Assembly (NCBI GenBank): GCA_973895155.1
Contig: OZ316891.1
Location: forward strand, 32,472,423 to 32,536,422
Reading direction: 5' to 3'
Length of the DNA: 64,000 bases
Origin: Marsupella aquatica
Taxonomy: Eukaryota; Plantae; Marchantiophyta
Part shown: one piece after another, positions 1-9,869 of the stretch
How positions within the stretch are numbered: the first letter of the stretch is position 1
Layout of the letters: each line of letters begins with the position of its first letter
Notes under the pieces: model-generated
What the model was told of the DNA's origin: nothing
Databases searched by the model: none
The model's input: the letters and a program-made list of their open reading frames with translations, nothing else
Program-made: the position numbers and the translations under genes

Positions 1-4
1 GTAT

Positions 5-1015
5 TTAATTCCTTGCCAATGATCGATGGCGTTGTGGACCCCGTCGGCTCTGCCACAACGCCTGCAGAAAATCCACTGTCCCTGCTACTGCTCCCCACTT
101 AGCCGTCTCATCCAATTGGTCTACATCCTTAACTTCCTCCGGAATTGCAGCTAAAAAGGTGGATTCTATTGTAAAGCAGTCCTCGACCTCTTCGTCTTCT
201 TCTTCCAAGTCACCTTCCATTGGTTCTTGCCATAATCCGCTGGGGGGTACCTCTGGTCCAAAGACACCTTCTTCGGTTAGGTTAGTGAAGCATTCTAACC
301 AACGTACTTCATCGGCTGACTCCAGTCCACTATCGTACCCATCTACTTCCCTTATGCTTTTCCTACGGTCATCCTTAGTGTCCCAGGATACCGTGATAGA
401 GGGGGTCCCGAAAGTGAACTGCTTTTTACCCCAATCTTCTATTACCTCGGCTAGGTACAGCCATGGCCTACCAATCAATAGCCGGAATGACGTAGGATTT
501 ACCGGCTTCATTACTACATAGTTAATGCTAAAGAAGATACCTCCTATTTCTGTCTTGATGCCGGTTAACACTCCCGTCGGAATGACCTGATATCCATTGG
601 CCATGTTCAACACTCTTCCAGTCATCTCCGGTGTTAGACCCCACCCTTTTGTTGTTGAATCAATCATAATACATACCCCTGATCCTCCATCGATGGGTAC
701 CCGTAGTAATAATTCTCCTTGAATCATTAATGGTAATGCTGGGGCTCCTTGATCTTCTTCTATCATTAGTACGTCGGATCTGGTTGCTACCTTGGGTAAT
801 CTCGGCTTGCCGAGAATAGCCTTCCTTAATTGCTTCTGGAAGTACGGGCTATTTTTCAATAGTTGACCTACTGTTGCCGAGACTCTAGATTCTAGTACAT
901 CTTTAGCCAGGTCATAGGGAACAATCGGCTTCTCTTCTGGTGGTGTTTCCGTCTTGGATTCGGCCAGTTTTGCCACGCTAGTCTCCACAGCTGTTGGGTC
1001 TTCCGAAGCAAACAA
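5..1015 (-). pseudogene. Ty3/Gypsy pol N-terminus: retroviral-type aspartic protease (continues off the window's left edge; probable frameshift near position 65)
   Basis: Motifs VPIDGGSGVCIM and LLIGRPWL. In frame with the upstream gag across a single TAA at 1067-1069. Confidence 0.85.
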
Positions 1016-1066
1016 TGCTTTTGCTCGTTTTACATCCTTGGCAATGGCTTCGGTATTCTCCAGGGT

Positions 1067-2998
1067 TTATAATTCTCTTAGTTGTTCCTTAACACTAGCC
1101 GTAACAGAGGGGTAGAACAACTTAGGATGATCTCGATTGAAGTCGCTATCTTGTGAAGGATTGGTTTCACTGGTGGGCTCATGGCTTACCTGTATTGCCG
1201 GAGCCCTCCCTTCTCCTTCTGTTGATGTTGACGAAGAGTCGATTCTTTCCTCCGTAACCTTCCCTTTATTTTTGGCCAGCCCATCCCACCTTTCCTTCCT
1301 TCTGGTAGATCGAGTAGAGACCCGGTAGCAATCATGATCTAAATCCTCCTCTGAGAAGGTTGATAGGGCTTCGGCCTCATCATCAGATGGTACAAACTCT
1401 GCCTCCGCATCCTCTTGCCATCCTAGTTCGATGTGGTTGATTTGAACTCCTCCGGGGGTAGTACCTGGCGGTAAGATCTTGATCGGCAAAAGCTTATGAT
1501 TTGCGGCCAGGCCTGCCAACCAAGTAGGACATTGCCCTAGCATATGACCTTCCTGTCGGCATCCCATACATAGCTGAGCTGGTTGTCCATCACCCTGTTT
1601 GCGTGCATTCGGGCATTCTCTAGCAAAATGGCCAGGTTGACCACAATTATAGCACGCCGCAAATCTTTGCACATTCGGCCTAGGAGGTACTGACGGGTTC
1701 TGAATAATCCGAGGATACATCTCTCCTGGATTGTTCCTTAACCCTGACCACAGAGATGCAGGTCTGTTGGATAGGTCTCGTGCTCCAGTCTCACTGATGC
1801 CGAAAACACTATCAGCGGCATCTCCCAAAAAGTACTCTACTTCTCCCTGACATGGTCTGATCTCGGCCACATGCCGAACATGATTAGTATTAAGCTTAGG
1901 ACAAGCATCTTTATGGTGTCCGGTTTTATAACATAAGGCACACCATACAGAGCTATCCTCCTGTACTACCTTCTTCTTTGGTTTTACCTCTGCAATGATA
2001 GCCTTAAGTTGCTCGGTAAGGGCTACGATGTTATCTGGTGGCTTAGCCTCCATCTTGACTTTCGTCTTCCCTCTCCTTCCGCCCTTCCTTTTCCTAGTTT
2101 TTTCTTCTTCAGAACTAGAAGATGACTCACTCTTGCTACTCCCACTATCCGAGCTTGACTTATCACTTCTAGACTTCTTGGAATGTTTCTTCTTCTTATC
2201 TTTTTTCTTATGGGGTGATCCCTCCTCTGATGAGGAACTCTCAGACTTAAGCTGTTTCTTCCGGCTTGTGATATCTGCATTAATGTATAATTGAATATCC
2301 TTAATTGCTTCGGCTAAAGTCTCCGGGTTCTCCTTCCTAATTGCAAAACTCATCTTCTGTGGCAAAGCATTCACCAACCATTGAAGTTGCATACCTTCAG
2401 ATGCATTGGTCTTTGTACGTCTTACCAGTTTCTGAAAGCATTGCAAGAACTTCCTGAAGGATTTGTTCTCCTTGAACCGAAGTTGTCCCAACTTCAGCAC
2501 TGCTAGTTCTGAAGTTCCAATGGGTCGAAACTCCTTAACAAAGAGTGTTTTGAAGATATCCCAGATGGCTTGATCTTCCACATCTAATGCTCTGTACCAA
2601 GGCCTAGCCTCACCCTTGAACAGGCCGGGAAGAATCTGCATCTTGATGGCCGATTCTCCATTTGCTGCAGCGGTTCCCTCGAAATCATCCAACCATTCGT
2701 CCGGATCCTCATCTCCTCTCCCATGAAATGCCTTGTAATGTATGCGCGACCGCTGGCTCAATCTGGTCCCTGGCCTCTCGTCTGGCCGTGCCTCTGGTTC
2801 CCCCATGTCGGTTGGAGACTCACTTCTCCTTACCGACTCTTCTTCTGGTATGTCTTCTTCGACGCCACTTCCAGTTTCGGAGCTACCAGCTCTTTCTGCC
2901 CCTCTCAGTTGCTGTGTATCATGCCACCCGGCGAGCTGCTGCAGTCGAGCTCTCTCCCGTTGAATCACTCTTTCTTCCCTCGGTGTAAGGTCAGTCAT
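1067..2998 (-). CDS. Ty3/Gypsy Gag (retrotransposon gag capsid + three CCHC zinc knuckles)
   Basis: FHGRGDEDPDEWL..., A..WY..L...W..FK..F gag pattern. Knuckles CALCYKTGHHKDAC, CYNCGQPGHFAREC and CMGCRQEGHMLGQC. Confidence 0.9.
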   Translation of the reverse strand: MTDLTPREERVIQRERARLQQLAGWHDTQQLRGAERAGSSETGSGVEEDIPEEESVRRSESPTDMGEPEARPDERPGTRLSQRSRIHYKAFHGRGDEDPDEWLDDFEGTAAANGESAIKMQILPGLFKGEARPWYRALDVEDQAIWDIFKTLFVKEFRPIGTSELAVLKLGQLRFKENKSFRKFLQCFQKLVRRTKTNASEGMQLQWLVNALPQKMSFAIRKENPETLAEAIKDIQLYINADITSRKKQLKSESSSSEEGSPHKKKDKKKKHSKKSRSDKSSSDSGSSKSESSSSSEEEKTRKRKGGRRGKTKVKMEAKPPDNIVALTEQLKAIIAEVKPKKKVVQEDSSVWCALCYKTGHHKDACPKLNTNHVRHVAEIRPCQGEVEYFLGDAADSVFGISETGARDLSNRPASLWSGLRNNPGEMYPRIIQNPSVPPRPNVQRFAACYNCGQPGHFARECPNARKQGDGQPAQLCMGCRQEGHMLGQCPTWLAGLAANHKLLPIKILPPGTTPGGVQINHIELGWQEDAEAEFVPSDDEAEALSTFSEEDLDHDCYRVSTRSTRRKERWDGLAKNKGKVTEERIDSSSTSTEGEGRAPAIQVSHEPTSETNPSQDSDFNRDHPKLFYPSVTASVKEQLREL

Positions 2999-3044
2999 TA
3001 CCTACGCTTCCGTTCTAACTTCATATCTCACGGCTTAAGAAATG

Positions 3045-3063
3045 CCCCCTCCATCTAGCGCCA
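3045..3063 (-). promoter_or_regulatory. Putative primer-binding site (PBS)
   Basis: Minus-strand TGGCGCTAGATGGAGGGGG begins 4 nt after the LTR's terminal CA and just upstream of gag. TGG start is typical of a PBS; the tRNA was not identified. Confidence 0.7.
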
Positions 3064-3067
3064 AAAA

Positions 3068-6000
3068 TGTGGTGCGTCCCATGGCTCCCTAAACCCAAGA
3101 AACCCCCCAGCTCAAGCCGATTCCCGCAGGTTTCGTGCTTGGCGAGGCCGTTTCCGCGGCTTAGCGGCATGGGACGCTGCTAACCTTCTACTACTACTAT
3201 TAACATTTTACACACATATACTGGACAGATCCTTCATCGGGTCATGAGATACGTAGCCGGCCTAATATAGGCCTTCCCCTGTCTTCCCCTGTCTTCCCCT
3301 CCGTCTTGTTAGGTATGTTTGGATTCCGCCGCCGGAATGATCCCCAATAGGCTTGGTTAAGCCACTAAGACCTCTCTCAGCTCGACACATCCAACTCTCA
3401 CTCCCCTGCTTACTTTCCTTCCTTCTGTTGATGTGGGCACTCTTCACACAAGTTAATGCGACACACAAATAGCAAAATGACTCATTCTGACTGAGTCATA
3501 CCATGCACTTGCCATACAAACAGTACATCTCATACACAAGTTCTGCGAACTAAGCCGTGAGGCCAACTCTATTCAGCTCTTAGGCATGAGGAAACATGAA
3601 TATACACAAGGGTCACTGTATGACTAACCGAGAGCTTCTCGTACTACTTGATCCCAGCCCGGCTGGTGCAAACTAAAAACTTGCTAAAGAAGAGGCCCTG
3701 AGCTCCCCGCTGCCCAGGTACTTATCCTGGTAGTGGATCCGCCATTCTTTGCATCGTAAGCCTAATCTACTTAACAGTAATCTACTTGCCCGAATCTACC
3801 TATGTACAGCAAGGCAGGAGCACAAGTGTTGCTCCTACCAGTGGGACCGCAATCCCACTAAGCTAAGTGTCAGGGCCGCTCCTGGTTCTGATCCTAATCC
3901 TAAACGTGGAGATCCGTGCCCGCCCTGCCCACTCACGCCTCCTCCCTCCACGTCCGCCCTCCCTAAAAGGAACGGCGCCCTTGCATCGTCACGACACCGG
4001 TGGTGGATCCTCAATGGACGCCCCCAACACTTCCTCCTCAGCCACTGCCGTTGGCCCGCCTACTGACAGATTACCTGCCTTTGACCGAGTCAACTCTCCA
4101 TCGGCCTGACTGGGTCCACCTTCGGCTTCAGCCTCGACAACTCCCACGGCTTCGGCTTCAGCCACCCCCACGGCTTCGGCCTCAGCCACCCCCACGGCTT
4201 CGGCCTCCCCTTCCCCTAGGGTAGTTGGATCCTTAGCCGTGACCCTGTCTGGGGTCGGTGCTGGGTCTACCTCCTTGATCACCACGGCCTGTGAAGTCGT
4301 ATTACTCCTTGACCCTGAAGGTTTCCGCTTCTTCTTCGTTGGTGGCTCGGTAGCTGGTCCCTTCCCCTTCCCATTTACTTCCGGCACTGGTGCAGGTGGC
4401 GCGGCTTGTCCTTCGGCAATTACCACCCCTGGTAACTGGTTCGCCCCAACGGGAGATGGACCTGCTGCAGCTAAGCATTTAAATACTGCGGCTTGTTTCT
4501 TCAGCCGCTCTGTTTGGTTGTCGGCCCGCCGCTGTAGGTTCTCCATCTTCCTCGTGATTTCCTCCAACTCCTCTTGGGTTTCATCCAGGTCCTTACGTGC
4601 CTCCTCCAGCTTGTTTTTAGCCTCCTCCTGCTCCCTGTGGGCTTTCTCCAATTCCTTCTTCAAGGTAGCCCTCTCCTCCCCGGTTGATCTTAGCTCCTTG
4701 TCGAGCTCTGCAATGATGACAGACTCCATCTGGTTCATCTTGGCATAAGTCTGATCGAGCATATCGTCCTTCTCCGTTAGGTTGGCTTTGAAGGTGGCCG
4801 TTAGGGACGCAAGCTCCTGCTGCAGCGCAATAATCCCTTGATAGGATTTCCCTAACTCGGCCTCCTTCTGCTCAAGGGCTCCGCGGCTTTTCTGGAGCTC
4901 CCCTTTCAACGCCCGTTCCTTTCTTTGGGTCTCCGCCATGGCCCGATTGTTAGCTGTTATGTGGGCCTCCTCTGCATTCCTCAGCTCTTGCTTCCACTTC
5001 TCCCTCTCTTTGATCGCATCGGCCAACTCTCCTTGGGTCCGCGTCAGTAGATTCTCGATCATCCGGTTTTCAGATTGTGCGGTATCCAACTGGCCCTGCA
5101 TGATATTTAGCTCATGCCGCTTAATCCGCAGCTCATCTTGGGCTTTCTTGGCCGCCCTCAGGTCCTTGATTTCGGCTTCCCTTTCCCTAAGCCGACGGAT
5201 GACCTCGTCCTTCTTGCTTCTTTCCAAGGCCACCGCTTCTTCCAATTGGCGCTTCTCCAACTGCTCCCTATGGAAAAAGGGTCCTACCTCCAATTCCTCC
5301 CCAAAGATGCCGAGCGCAAGTTCCCCACACATCTCACCATACTCCCTGGCTCTATTCTTAGCGTAGGTGGAGTAAGTAGAAGTGATCGGCATCGCCCATC
5401 GCGGCCTCTGCTCCCAAGCCGTCTTGCGGGTCTCTTCAATCGTGGCTAGAGGTTTGCTTCCTTTTTCGGCTAGCCGCCTCATGTCCTCCGGCCAATCTCC
5501 TCCTGGTAAATGCTTTTCCCTAGCCAGGGCTGCTTCCTCTTCCTGCCTGATTCGCTCCTGAAATTCCAGCGCCGTCTGTTTTATGCCGTCAAAGCTCGGG
5601 GGAGCAACATCTGGTGGAGGAGACTCAGGGCTACTCTGCTGGTTGGGGTCTTCTCGTACTACCCTTGGAAGTGTGGGGATAAACCGGCCACAGGTCCTTA
5701 CTCCTGGAACGTGATGGTCCGACCCATAGCCGGAGTTATCATGGCCGCAGTCCTCCACTGCCTCCTCTACTTCTTCTACTTCCGGCTTCTCCCTCTCTTC
5801 TTCGTTGGTAGGAGCTTCCGGCAATTTTGCCTCAGATTCAGAGCTTGAGACTCCGGTAGAGGGGTCTTCCCTTCTAAGTCTGCTTAAGTTGACCTCTGGG
5901 GCAGTGTCCTGCATTGTTGCCGCTGCCGTTGTCATTGCCGATGCCGATCTCTTTTCTTTCTCCAGCAGCTTCAGCAGACTCTGCATGCCTGGTTGCTACA

Positions 6001-7402
6001 TCGGCAAGTCTTCCTTCCTTGGCTTAAACACCTGCTCAATTGTAGGGCTAACAGGTGGTTGAGGCTTTTCTGCTACCGGCCTCGGTGCTAGAGCTTCCTC
6101 GGGTGTCCTTACCTTCAGGGGAAGTACTGGGGCAAAGGTCTGACCTCTGGCATACCGGCACAACAACGGCATGTGATAGCCAAGCCGCGACACGCTCCCC
6201 ATGCCGATTACCTGTTGCTCCTCCTTTAATATCTTCTTCAATTGGTTGAGGAGGTAGCCGTTGTAGTCCCGGCTTGGGTCTGGCCTTTCTGCCAGATAGA
6301 CTTGTGCCTTGCCGATCTCCGCTCTCGGCAAGTTACAATGCATGGTTACCCGCAAGAAGTCGATCATCTCTCCTATGTGCGGGTTGGTGCATGTGTTTCG
6401 GAAGAAGCCATTCTTCGTTGATGGTCCGGGAAACGACCGGAACTCCTTGTCAGGCAAGGTTTTCCTGGTATCAACCTTGGTCTTATTGCCTATCGATAAG
6501 CCAAACACTTCGGCAATTACCTTGGGAGTAAGATAGAAATCCTTCCCATATATTCTCGTGCAATTGGTCTCGGGTTCCCATGACCCCATGAATTCTAATA
6601 GGTCTGAATCCGGCACCTCCGGCTTCAGCCATGGTAATCTTACAAAGGCTTCCAAGCCGGATCCGGCCATGAAGCCTTGGTACTTCTTGGTCTGCATGGC
6701 CGTAAAGCATGCATCCTCCTCCTGTGCAAAATGTAGTTGCACCTCCATTGGTAGAGTTGCCGCCCAGCCCTTCCAGGTGTCATCCCTGGTTGGAATGGCG
6801 TTGATGGGGTCGCTTTCCTCCTCCTCGGCTTCGCTCTGCCTCCTGCTCTGCTGTTCGGCTGGTTTCTTTGGTGCCGCCGACCTCGTTCTTTTTGCCGGGG
6901 TGGCTTCATCGTTGACGACTCCCTTGCTCTTCATCTCAGCTACAGTGGAGGTTTCTCCTAGCACTATTGCTTGGGTCCACCTTTCTGTGCTACCCTTTAA
7001 TTCCCAGTGTATGTCGTTGCAATTCTTGATGGCCTCTCGGATGCCGATGATGCTGTCTTTGCAAAACAGAAGATCGTCAAGCTGATTGGAAGTAGGAGTC
7101 CACAAGAACTCGGCCTTGATGAGTTCGCCTCCTAAGAAAGCCGTTTTCTGCAGCTCCCACAATCTAGCGAGCTCCTGTCGTTCTCGAGCTGCTCTTTCTG
7201 ATTCTTCATCCTCGTAAGTCTTGATGTACTCAGTTGCCCGTTCGAACAAGCATCCCCAGAAATGTGCCGCTTGATTGACGTTGCTCATACCCTCCTTAGG
7301 TCGATCATTGGTATAGGGTTTTGTCCCTATACTAAGGTGTTTCCAGGGTGCATCCTGCTTTACCCCCTTAACTGGCCGAGTGATTCCTGGCTAGGCATCA
7401 CA
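3068..7402 (-). mobile_element. 5' LTR (4,335 bp) of Gypsy family A; contains a long ORF
   Basis: TGTGGTGC...GCATCACA terminal inverted repeat. Adjacent PBS and gag. Colinear end to end with the TSD-flanked copy at 26217-30793. Confidence 0.92.
3989..7288 (-). pseudogene. LTR-encoded ~1,100-aa protein (helical transposon-accessory domain + Pro/acidic linker + long coiled coil); one premature stop
   Basis: ORFs 5996..7288 and 3989..5986 are in frame. The TAG at 5996-5998 is CAG in copy 2. Confidence 0.85.
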
Positions 7403-7560
7403 GGTAATAAGACCAAGGTTGATACCAGGAAGACCTTACTTGACAAGGAGTTCCGGTCGTTCCCAAGACCATCAACAAAGAATGGCTTCTTTCGGAACAC
7501 CTTCACCAACTCGCACATTGGAGAGATGATCAATTTCTTGCGGGTGACCATGAACTGTAC
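7403..7560 (+). mobile_element. Diverged inverted fragment of the family A LTR ORF abutting the LTR
   Basis: Translates GNKTKVDTRKTLLDKEFRSFPRPSTKNGFFRNTFTNSHIGEMINFLRVTM, nearly identical to the ~6340-6495 segment but on the opposite strand. Confidence 0.85.
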
Positions 7561-8204
7561 TTGGCGCTATGATGTTTCATGGTTGTTTTTCATTACGGTA
7601 TTCAGTTTTGGGTAGCGCCTGGCGCTATGATGTTTTCACGTATGAGTTGATCGCTATGTTTGGGACCCTGGATGATTGAAAGTGAACATTGCATTGGATT
7701 TAGAGAGTTTTTACCCATTGACTAGCCGGGTTATTAATGGAATATTCTCTTTGCACATGAAATTTTGGGATATATTGTTGACGTTTTGGTTGAAATATTT
7801 TCCTGTTTCCTTTTTGCTGTTTCCTATTTGGATTTTTCTGTTTCCTAGCACGGTGGTGATACCCAAAAAATAAGGACGGAGTTCCGATTTGGTTGAGGAT
7901 ATGTTTGAGTGGTTGTCTGCACTCTGTTAATTCTTCTTGTAATTATTGTCGTGATGCCCAAAACAAATATCATTGATTGGCATATTTGTGTTGTCGAATT
8001 TGGAACGAAGATCCTTGGGTTAACTTATCGCGTTGAATCTTCTTGATTAGTGTTTAGGTGAACGTTCTTGGGTCAAAAATTTTGTGAATATATTTTTCTT
8101 TTGATCAAAGAAATAAAATCAGTTTTTCCATCACTATTTTGTAGGTTGCTGAGAAAGACCTCACCATCTCATTTATTACTCCAGGTATCCACTCTTATTT
8201 TGGA

Positions 8205-8744
8205 ATGGCCGTCATTGAGAACCCTGTCTTTACAAGGTTAGCGATGTCATTCGACAAAGAGAAGAAACAAATTCAGCAGAAAAGTGGCCAAAAGGAATCC
8301 GGATTGCTTTTGGATGGACTTCCTGATGAGATTGTTGAAATGTTCATTTGGCCCATTTTGAAAGTTTGTTGTATAGAGGATGCATTTGATTCCTCCAAGA
8401 ACCAAGCTGATGAAAGATTGATGCAATTAAAAATAATGGTGTGGCTTGGATGCACCTCCAAGAAATGGAACCAGCTCGTAATTTGTACACGAGTCTTGGG
8501 TATTCTTAGACTAGCAAGAAGCCAGTTTGAGGAAGTAAATAAAATGCTGACAAGCATTCTCGATGGAAAACCCCTTCAGAATGTTCATATTGAAGCTTTT
8601 GTTAGGATGGAAACACCGAATCTTCCTCCAATCGATAATATAGGTTTATTTTCAAGGTCTGACCTAAATCGATTTCAAGAAGACTGGCACAATCTTGAGA
8701 AAGATGAGCAAGCAAGGCTCTTGGAAATGTATGGGGAAGCTTAG
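8205..8744 (+). CDS. F-box-like protein (179 aa)
   Basis: LLDGLPDEIVEMFIWPIL ... LGCTSKKWNQLV resembles an F-box (LPDEI...I...L ... CK.W..L) with an insertion. Confidence 0.55.
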   Translation: MAVIENPVFTRLAMSFDKEKKQIQQKSGQKESGLLLDGLPDEIVEMFIWPILKVCCIEDAFDSSKNQADERLMQLKIMVWLGCTSKKWNQLVICTRVLGILRLARSQFEEVNKMLTSILDGKPLQNVHIEAFVRMETPNLPPIDNIGLFSRSDLNRFQEDWHNLEKDEQARLLEMYGEA

Positions 8745-9269
8745 AGTCCGGTTTAGAGTCCTTCCATTCATGTTTTGGACTGCTCATCTTGAATGGGCTC
8801 TTTGTTAGAATGGACTCTTTTTAAGAATATCAACTTAGTTTCGAATGAATAAAGAGTTTTGTGATTCGACCCTTGCATCAACCACATTTGCCACGCGTAA
8901 AATCTATTTGGTTTAATACAAGGACGTGGGGATATGCCTTATCTACATCTAGTCAGAAACAAAGTCCTATCAAGCGAAAAAAGTATAAATAGACCTCCGG
9001 ACTCCAACCCTCCGCTTTTGGATACACCTTATCGCCTGTGGATACGAAGGTGATAAAGTATAAATAGGAGAGCCTGATCAGAAAGTTTACGCTCATTTCT
9101 TATCCTTCTCAACTTCACTTGCCTCCATGTTTTTCTTGGGCTGCAACATCTTTATAGCTTTTTGTATTTGCTCCAATCAAAATAAAAAAGCAAGTAAAAA
9201 CTCAAGAAACTCTCCCCTCCTTGTCGCACTTCATTGTTGAATCCTGAGTGCAAAGAACATAACATTTCA

Positions 9270-9820
9270 AGGTTGAATACGAGATGGGATACCGCGTATC
9301 CCATCTCGCATCCAACACCCTCTTTTTTAGTATTCCATCGGAACCTCCTAGCTGTTTGTTGACTCTAAATACAAAATGGGATACCACGTATCCCATTTCG
9401 GATTCAACTTTGTCTTTCAGTGCAGATTACTAGAAATTCCTGATGTTTAGGGTTTAGGGTCATTGGGGAGGATCGTTGCAAGAAGAGCCGCATTGGATGA
9501 TGTTGGATACGAACCGGGATACCCCGTATCCCATTTTGCATTCAACTCCCTATTTTTCATTCTTTGAATCAGACTCCAAGCAACTGTTGATGTTGGATGC
9601 GAAGTGGGATACCGCGTATCCCATTTCGCATTCAACTCCCTATTTTTTGTTCTTTGCAACAAACTCTAGGCAATTGTTGATGTTGGATGCAAAGTGGGAT
9701 ACCGCGTATCCCATTTTGCATTCATTTCCCTATTTTATGTTCTTTGCATCAGACTCTAGGCAATTGTTGATGTTGGATGCAAAGCGGGATACCGCGTATC
9801 CGATCTCGCATTCAACTACT
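9270..9820. repeat. ~90-bp tandem repeat with palindromic core GGGATAC-N3-GTATCCC (about 6 cores)
   Basis: TGATGTTGGAT recurs at 9498, 9588, 9678 and 9768. GAGATGGGATACCGCGTATCCCATCTC at 9281 is a palindrome with a 3-nt spacer. Confidence 0.92.
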
Positions 9821-9869
9821 TTTGAATGTTTACGCTCTTGTTCTTAGTGTGTCAATCTTTTACAGGAAC

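Noticed and set aside
1067-1069. Programmed gag-pol stop-codon readthrough
   Set aside because: A single in-frame TAA is equally explained by CAA>TAA decay, which is common in this window. Other copies are needed to decide.
4239-7085. Long antisense ORFs overlapping the LTR gene (mirrored at 27369-30215)
   Set aside because: Ser/Phe/Leu-rich shadows of a Glu/Lys-rich coding strand.
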